From Tubiluchus corallicola (Eukaryota > Animalia > Priapulida), in contig JAQGDQ010001138.1 in NCBI GenBank assembly GCA_030141605.1, positions 1-59,897 of the forward strand: DNA of 59,897 bases. Reading direction: 5' to 3'. The notes under the pieces are model-generated. The model saw nothing but the letters and a program-made list of their open reading frames with translations. It did no database searches and had not been told where the DNA came from. A program made the position numbers and the translations under genes. Shown in pieces: positions 52,778 through 59,897 of this stretch (position 1 is the stretch's first letter; the number at the start of each line of letters is the position of its first letter).

Positions 52778-54280
52778 AAAGAAGAAGCTGACTGTTTTGA
52801 ACTACAAGAAAAAGACAGCGGCCTCGGTCCGGGCAGCGATGATTCTGCCAAGCACAGTGAATCCTCAGAACATGAAGAAACAACAACATGTCTGCCGTGC
52901 TTGGGACACTCAAAGAAACAATATTGCACATGCAGTAACGAACGAGTGTACCTCGATAAGTCCCCGGTGACCGACGTCTGCGGCGGACAGACGTGCGACT
53001 GTCACAAGGAACGTCCTCCCTCGCAGAACAGCATCGACAAGGAACTACAAGAACTTCATCAAGAAATAGAGAATTTGAGTCTGAGCTACAATCCGATCGG
53101 GAAGCCGCCAGTTCGATGTCTGTCCGAAGCCATGGGAATGGAGAATGGTGCCGGGAAGCCGACGCGAGAGCAGAGGAAGAGTGCAATATCCCTGGGAGTG
53201 ACGGTGAAAAACAGCAAGGGCAAGAGCGGCTCGAAGTTAAAGAAACGGGAAAGCCTGGAAGAGCCGACGCTGGAGTCGAGCAGCGCGTACAACACGGGTG
53301 AGAGCGGTCAAAGCAACCGGAGTTCCCCGCTGCACAAAGAGCTGAGTCACGACGAACGATCCAGTGGCTCATTTGTCAGTTTAGCCGAAACGGCTCGTGT
53401 TGAGGACAGCCAGGACACGTGTCCTCGTGGTAGCCGTGTTGAGGATACATGTCCTCGTGGTAGCCGTGTTGAGGATACTTGCCCTCGGGGTACCCGTGTT
53501 GAGGATACATGTCCTCGTGGTAGCCGTGTTGAGGATACTTGCCCTCGGGGTACTCACAAGGAAGATACCTGCCATCGTGAAAGTCGTGCAGCGGATAAGT
53601 GCCATCGGCACGGCGACGGCAAAGAGGCACCTGTTCCCGAGATCGTTTACACTAGTCCCGAACAATTGGAGAGGATTATTCTTCTACAGCAACAATTACT
53701 ACATCAGAAAATTGCCCGTTTCGGTGAGCAGCTACCGTCGCAGTTACCGTCGCCGTCCGTCCAGTCAGCAAACAGTGATACCGTCAGCCGTAGTCAGTCA
53801 CAGGGACACGTGTCCGACATGAGCAACCAGTCGGGCGGCGTGCAGATGGAGTGGAAGGTCAAGCGGAGGTCGGACGGCACGAGGTACATTACGAAACGTC
53901 CGGTGAGAAACAAGATCCTGAAGCAGCGAGAGACGAGGTTGCTGGAGCAACGCTGCGGGGTGACCACGGACGACGATATGATGAGCGAGATGAAGACCGG
54001 TCGGTACTGGTCAAAAGAGGACAAGCGACACCACCTCGCCAAGGCTCGCGATCAACGGCGGAGGCGGGAACTGATGCTCCGTGCCAGACTAGAGTGCCTC
54101 CGAGAGCAGGAAGAGGGGAAGAAGGAACCGGATATCCTGCAGCTAGCGCAGAAGAAGCAGTCACTGAAAAAACGCCAGAATTTTGACGATTTTGTGACGG
54201 TGGATGAAATTTTGGCGCACGGCACCAAGGGGGATGTCAGAAGTCCTTATCGCCCTCTGCTGTCAGTCACAACAGTTTAA
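52778..54280 (+). CDS. PDZRN3: PDZRN3/4-like terminal exon (LNX3-homology region, C-terminal PDZ-binding motif SVTTV)
   Basis: Acceptor ttttttcttattttcAG at 52777, in frame with track ORF 52901..54280; 500 codons plus TAA. Family motifs: EKDSGLG..DDS...ESSEHE, ESSSAYNTGES..S..SSPL, MEWKVKRRSDGTRYITKRPVR..ILK.R, G.TTDDD.MSEMK.GRYWSKE.KR.HL..AR.QRRRRE, FDDFVT..EILAHG, LLSVTTV*. GC content is clearly above the flanks. The symbol denotes the family (PDZRN3/PDZRN4/PDZD4), not a specific vertebrate paralog. Confidence 0.97.
   Translation, partial: KEEADCFELQEKDSGLGPGSDDSAKHSESSEHEETTTCLPCLGHSKKQYCTCSNERVYLDKSPVTDVCGGQTCDCHKERPPSQNSIDKELQELHQEIENLSLSYNPIGKPPVRCLSEAMGMENGAGKPTREQRKSAISLGVTVKNSKGKSGSKLKKRESLEEPTLESSSAYNTGESGQSNRSSPLHKELSHDERSSGSFVSLAETARVEDSQDTCPRGSRVEDTCPRGSRVEDTCPRGTRVEDTCPRGSRVEDTCPRGTHKEDTCHRESRAADKCHRHGDGKEAPVPEIVYTSPEQLERIILLQQQLLHQKIARFGEQLPSQLPSPSVQSANSDTVSRSQSQGHVSDMSNQSGGVQMEWKVKRRSDGTRYITKRPVRNKILKQRETRLLEQRCGVTTDDDMMSEMKTGRYWSKEDKRHHLAKARDQRRRRELMLRARLECLREQEEGKKEPDILQLAQKKQSLKKRQNFDDFVTVDEILAHGTKGDVRSPYRPLLSVTTV
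53411..53610 (+). repeat. In-frame 30-bp coding minisatellite (EDTCPRG(S/T)RV x5 plus 2 degenerate)
   Basis: Units at 53411, 53441, 53471, 53501, 53531, 53561 and 53591 inside the terminal exon. Confidence 0.95.
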
Positions 54281-54311
54281 ATTGTTTAAAATCCCAATGA
54301 TCGGTGCTGCC

Positions 54312-55586
54312 CCCATTGTGTATGTAGGGCGCAGAGTGCCCCACTAGCCGAACTAAGACACTTCCACTAAAGCGCATGTGCTAACTTTATGAAAATAAGT
54401 GTCATACGTGGGCAGCCCAAGTAGAGCACTGTCCTACACGGCTCGCTAGCCCTTGTAGGGCACACAGCTCGCTAGCCCTTGTAGGGCACATAGCTCCCTA
54501 ACCCTTGTAGGGCACATGGCTCTCTAGCCCTTGTAGGGCACATAGCTCCCTAACCCTTGTAGGGCACACAGCTCACTAGCCCTTGTAGGGCACATAGCTC
54601 CCTAGCCCGTTTACGTAGTAGAAAACAAATTATTTGTCCAAGAGGAGATGAAACTGATTTGTGAAGCCAGACGTATAAAAAATTATACACCTTAAGCAAA
54701 TGTTGGAATTGCTCAAAAAGCAGCCTCATTCAATTCAAAAAGATTAATATTGAAGCCAAATTTAATATCGGCCGTTCTGCTAGTTCTAAATAAGATTCTT
54801 TTATTTTATCAGACGTACAATAAATTATTCAACGTTTTGATGTTTTTAATAATTATTATTATCGATTTAATTATCAAATAAACAAGGACAACGGATGCTG
54901 CCAGTACAGTTAACAACTCAATTCGCATCTTGTCTCTAATGTCCTACTTGGGCTAACTCATGTAAGACGGGTCCTACTTGGGCAGCCCATGTAAGACGGG
55001 TCCTACTTGGGCTAACTCATGTAAGACGGGTCCTACTTGGGCTAGGCCATGTAAGACGGGTCCTACTTGGGCTAGGCCATGTAAGACGGGTCCTACTTGG
55101 GCTAGGCCATGTAAGACGGGTCCTACTTGGGCTAGGCCATGTAAGACGGGTCCTACTTGGGCTAGGCCATGTAAGACGGGTCCTACTTGGGCTAGGCCAT
55201 GTAAGACGGGTCCTACTTGGGCTAGGCCATGTAAGACGGGTCCTACTTGGGCTAGGCCATGTAAGATGGGTCCTACTTGGGCAGCCCATGTAAGACGGGT
55301 CCTACTTGGGCTAGGCCATGTAAGACGGGTCCTACTTGGGCTAGGCCATGTAAGACGGGTCCTACTTGGGCTAGGCCATGTAAGACGTGTCCTACTTGGG
55401 CTAGGCCATGTAAGACGGGTCCTACTTGGGCTAGGCCATGTAAGACGGGTCCTACTTGGGCTAGGCCATGTAAGACGGGTCCTACTTGGGCTAGGCCATG
55501 TAAGACGGGTCCTGCTTGGGCCGCCCATGTACACCATGTGCCCTACTTCGGCTAGTGTCCTACTCTGCTCCCAACCGTATATTGGT
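54312..55586. mobile_element. Foldback/MITE-like element with subterminal tandem arrays (26-bp x about 6 at 54441-54608; 30-bp x about 19 at 54940-55530)
   Basis: Left ...gggcgcagagtgcccactagccgaa...gtgggcagcccaagtag matches the reverse complement of the right end (gggagcagagtaggacactagccgaa...atgggcggcccaagcagg). The two arrays share CTAGCCCwwGTAGG in opposite orientation. Confidence 0.75.
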
Positions 55587-57131
55587 CTCATAAAAACAAG
55601 TGGCTATACAATTGAAAGCCATTGACCAGACAAATCTCTACGTTGAAATGATTAAAATCGCTACTTTTTAAAGAAGAGAACTCTTCCTTCCCGTGATAAA
55701 TAATCGTTTTGTAAAATATTGAAGTGTAACTGTAGCAGTTATTATGTGTACAGTATGTATGTATGTATAATTATTACGAGTGATATGACTATACTATCCC
55801 TGCGTCTATTGAAGACATGTATGTTGCGTTTTTAGTACTAAAATAATGTAAATTTGACATTAACATTATAGGTAATTAAGTATATTGCAGTACACATTTT
55901 TGCTATCTTTTTTTACTATGTATAACATACATAATTTAATGTATGTACAATTACTTGGCAATGTTAATAGTACAGGTAATTTACGGATCTCGTGTGCTGT
56001 CTAAGGTTACGGCTCGCAGTCTGTCAGCAGCATCCAAATTTGCTGGTGATTTTAATGTGTTTTTTTGACAATTTTCTTCATGAAGGCATATCTAAACATA
56101 AAGAACAAAAAGTTGTCCTATGTGAAGATTTCGCATACTTTTTACTTTCTTAAAATACTGAAGAATTTCAGTTTAGATACGACAAAAGTACATAAATTAT
56201 TTCTAGACCAATGCACTATTTCTCTATTGTCCTAGTGTTAAGGACTTTTACTACTTTTATACAAAATAATGATGGCTAAATTGTATTATTTAATGTAAAT
56301 TCATTTATATTACATAATTTTTTTATTATATCCATTGCGTGGTACTTTGCCGTTGCTATGGTGATTATGAGAATTGTACTTTACACGATAATGCTGCTTA
56401 CTGCATACTTTATTTGCTTGATTATGGACATCATGTATAACTTAATTGGTAAGGGGTATATAACAGTGAGTACAGTATCTTTTGACTTTATGTAGACAAT
56501 AATCATGTTAATAAGCGTAATAATAAGTTATGCTGTTGCTAATTGTAAACACTTTAATATCTGTAGTTTTTTTTCATTTTCAAATTACATCTTATCGATT
56601 TGTGGCGATTTTAGTCCCTTGTTGACCTGTCTAATAGGCTAGGTTATTGATTTTTTGTGACAAAAGTCATTTCAACGATTTTTGTGTAAAACATGATCCT
56701 GAGAATGTTTGGTTGGTAATTCATTGTTACAGTGCTGCCATCAATCGGGAAAAAATGAAATTATTTGCAGAATTTTGACAAAGACCGAAATGCCTTTTTT
56801 ATATTCAGTAATAAATTGTGGAGTTATTTTTTATAGAGATACTTTTTGGCAAATCAAAGAGTTAAAATATTAATTATGTTTATTGTATAGTGCATTATTA
56901 GTATCAAAAAATTTACTAGAGGTATTGGTGCATTGTTGTATTAACAATTCTTACCTATCTTAGTTGTGCAATAATATCTAATCGTACACTAATCCTGCTA
57001 CATACAGTCGTAAACTTGCTTTAGTCTATTGTAAATTTTATTATTGTAAACAAGCTTGGTTATGTATTTATTATACTGTAAAAATTTTAGATAATGGCAA
57101 ACTGTTCATATGATATCCTTGTTCAACTCTT

Positions 57132-57190
57132 AATAAAGTTTCCGATAAATTTAATACTATTTTCAGCCTCTGGTGGTGTTTGTTATGAAG
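57132..57190 (+). terminator. Candidate polyadenylation signal for the PDZRN3-like mRNA
   Basis: AATAAA at 57132-57137 followed by a GT-rich tract (tggtggtgtttgttatg) about 35-50 nt downstream. 55620-57130 is AT-rich and full of TGTA motifs, as in animal 3' UTRs. Other AATAAA hexamers exist (about 54818, 54877, 56810). Confidence 0.45.
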
Positions 57191-57317
57191 GTTAGTCTTG
57201 TAATTCTTAGTTGTTCTGTTTCTCACTAGTTGACCTAAAACTTAGGAGCAAAAATTTCTGATGTTGCATTATCATAACTAAGTCTTACTGAAGCTATTAT
57301 ATTAGTAGTATTGTCAC

Positions 57318-57703
57318 AGCTAAGCCACTACAAACAGTTTAAAAAATGAACCTGCATTTTTGTTTACAATGCTACAAATGTAAAGGTTCATCATTGTGGA
57401 TGCTGTCATTAGTCTTGCATTCAGTATTCTTAAAACTAACCCACCACAAACAGTTTAAAAAATGAACCTGTTGCTGCCATTAGTCTTGCATGCAGTATTG
57501 TACATGCAGTATTGTAGTAGTAGTAGTAGTAGTAAATCTCCAGTAGTTATAATATAACTTTTGAGACAAATAGTTTTTCGACTGTAATTGCGACAAATAA
57601 ATTGTTAAAGCTAAGCCACTACAAACAGTTTAAGAAACGAAGCTCATTTTTGCTACAAGCACCACAAATGTAGTGGTTCATCCTTGTTGCCATCAGTCTT
57701 GCA
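57318..57703. repeat. Degenerate repeat, about 100-bp unit, 3 copies
   Basis: ctaagccactacaaacagtttaa.aaa.gaa.ct...ggttcatc.ttgt...gc..tca.tagtcttgca at about 57318, 57436 (internally deleted) and 57608. Confidence 0.75.
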
Positions 57704-57791
57704 AAAGAGAAATTGACAATAAAATTTAATAAAAATTCTTAAACAACGGCAATCTGAGGCAGCATAATAGAAAACCTACAAAAATTAAGTT

Positions 57792-58337
57792 CTGTTCCAG
57801 ACCCACCCGCGATAAGTGAATTTCCGCGAAGTAGGAACGCTATACTTATTTTAGCAGTTATACATTATTTTAAGTCTTTATAAACCCTCCCCACACTCTT
57901 ATACGTCCCTTTATAACTGCGAAGCGAAAGAAAACAAATCAGCGACTGGGATACAGAGCAGCATTCTCTTGTTGGTGGCTTTCCACCAATCAACCAAGCG
58001 GGCAGAAGTACTACATTTTGTTTTCAGTGTGTATTCATCCGCCGAATAAATACACTATTTACTGTAAATGGTATTTTTTATGATTTATAATATTCTTTTA
58101 GAATTAATATTTTTAATATATTTTTATACATTTTCTGATTTTTTATGCAAAATTCATCAAGTCTATACATTACTGTACAATGCGTACTACGCATGTGCAA
58201 AAATACTTTAGACGGAGTACCGCAAAACCCGCGAAACAGCGAAAATACCGCGATAAATATTTTAGCTTAACTTTTCTGAAAACCGCCGAAACGGCGAGTC
58301 CGCGACAAACGAACCGCGATGTAGCGAGGGAACACTG
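57792..58337. mobile_element. Tc1/mariner-superfamily (Tigger/pogo-like) MITE, one end truncated
   Basis: Right end ...gaaccgcgatgtagcgagggaacaCTG|TA (TA|CAGTGTTCCCTCGCTACATCGCGG on -); repeated CCGCGA subterminal motifs at both ends; left terminal bases missing. Confidence 0.72.
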
Positions 58338-59897
58338 TAGTCAAAGTTTTCACAAATGCACATGTTACAACTTACAACATGGTTGAATTTTTACAATCAT
58401 TTAATTAATTGTTAGCTATTAAAAGATGGACAATTTTGAGAAATAAGAGAGAGATTGCAAAGGCTGTCTCTGGTGTTTGTTGCCTTGTGCCGCCACCTAT
58501 TTCAAAAAAATCGAAATTTAAATTTCGAAATTTGCCGTCATTATTTTCCCTTTCATGTCTGTTGTAAAAATTGGGCAGGCAGAATTCTAAAATAAAAGAA
58601 ATCTGCCCTAGAGAGAGGTAAACACAGCAGCGATCTAGTAAAAAAATCAAACACTGCTATGCCATGGGCACTACTTCCGATTTGCAAGTCAGAATGTAAC
58701 TGGAATAAAGTCGAGAACAATCAGACTGTGATGCCATCTATTGGTGAAAAATACAAGAAAAACATAGCGCTAAAGATCAATTTTTCACATTTATTTACAC
58801 AGTATAAAATTTAAAAAACATTCTAGAAAATTAGATAATTACTATATTAATTAATTGAATCACACATGTATATATATATATATATATAAATATATATATT
58901 AAAAAAGTTGCTTTACTGTTGATCTTTTCAATTACCTTGACAATAATATCAGTATGAAGCATAAAAATATCTTAAAACTTGGCTTCTATTAGAAGCTCCT
59001 ATCTATAGGCCTATGTCAATTAAACAAATTTTAATACTTGATTAAACTCATAAATAATTTTCCAAAATCAATTAAGGTTACAATTAATAAGTCTCGTTGA
59101 TTAATTACACTAAAATGTACTGCTTAAACACACGCTGTAGAGTTTTAATTACAAAAACAAAAAGAATTTTAATGAACTAATAAACTGTGGATAGAGTATT
59201 CGACTTGCAGATGTAGTGAGCACTGTTTTAGCAGCGCCACCTACATTACACATCGAATAATTGTGTAGGAACAGTAGAAAAGTTCTATTCATTTGCACTT
59301 AGAGAAGAACGTGCAAAAAAATAGAAATAGATTGTATAAAAAGTTCATTACTCCACAACGTAATCTCACTACTGCATAAAAAACAATATGTCTTGCTTGC
59401 AAACCAAAACTTTCCATAAGTCGGCATAGTTATAACTATGTTATGATGCTTCAAAGCAGAATGCACTAAAATTTTGTTCTAACGTTAATTTTTCATTCTT
59501 TATAAAACAAAAGCTAAAGATATTGGACTTTTATATTCTAGCATCGAATTACCAAGAAAATGTACAAAAAATAATAAAAATTTAATTTTATAACCCCTTG
59601 TCAATTTCTTTAAATACAAACTTGTACTGCAATTGCAAAAAACTTGTATTTTCAAACTCCGATTGCAGCTCATGGAAATCATTTTGCTTCGAGGTTTTTC
59701 TCTTGTCAAGCCCAAATAGTAGGTAGAGCCATCTACTGGATTTAACAGTGACTTTCTCAAGATTATGTTTTTCAGTGCGCAGCTTGCAACTCAACTTCAG
59801 CGTGGATTATTTCAGCTTGAAAATAAGATAGAGCAATAAACTTGGTATCAAAATGATCCTCGTTAAACGGAGATTCAGGATACGTGAATAATTAGAA

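Noticed and set aside
52731-54186. Alternative-frame and antisense ORFs overlapping the terminal exon
   Set aside because: Shadow ORFs of a GC-rich coding exon; all family motifs lie in the 52778-54280 frame.
54974-55625. PCKTGPTWAR / SRTRLTWPSP repeat ORFs
   Set aside because: 30-bp array in the arm of a non-coding foldback element; 1-bp-shorter units shift the frame.
59588-59794. KLRTEKHNLE (minus strand) as a LINE C-terminal motif; similarly LYRADRKINGG at 30590-30847
   Set aside because: Single short motifs without the expected neighbouring residues; too weak to call.

Overview
Eukaryotic (bilaterian invertebrate-like), AT-rich, repeat-dense genomic DNA. The only credible protein-coding gene is the 3' part of a + strand PDZRN3/PDZRN4/PDZD4 (LNX3/4/5; Drosophila Slip1) family gene. 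Four phase-0 exons (26216-26443, 26678-26839, 38155-38253, 52778-54280) splice in frame to about 663 aa: the second half of one PDZ domain, a complete second PDZ domain, and the conserved C-terminal region ending ...LLSVTTV*. A likely 3' UTR of about 2.9 kb follows. The 5' exons were not identified. The rest is intronic or intergenic: long (AG)n/(CT)n microsatellites (the source of most ORFs in the track, which are artefacts), more than 15 unrelated mini/satellite arrays (units 26-170 bp), non-autonomous DNA transposons (piggyBac-like, Kolobok-like, hAT-like, Tigger/pogo-like, foldback-like), and LINE/SINE remnants. I see no convincing new protein-coding system. The most unusual signals are tandem arrays that start at CCT|TTAA transposon ends, a core motif shared by unrelated arrays, a foldback element starting about 30 bp after the stop codon, a 10-aa Cys-containing coding minisatellite, a piggyBac-like copy with TTAT target duplications, and co-oriented CTCF-like motifs. 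All alignments were made by eye and family comparisons are from memory; nothing was searched.
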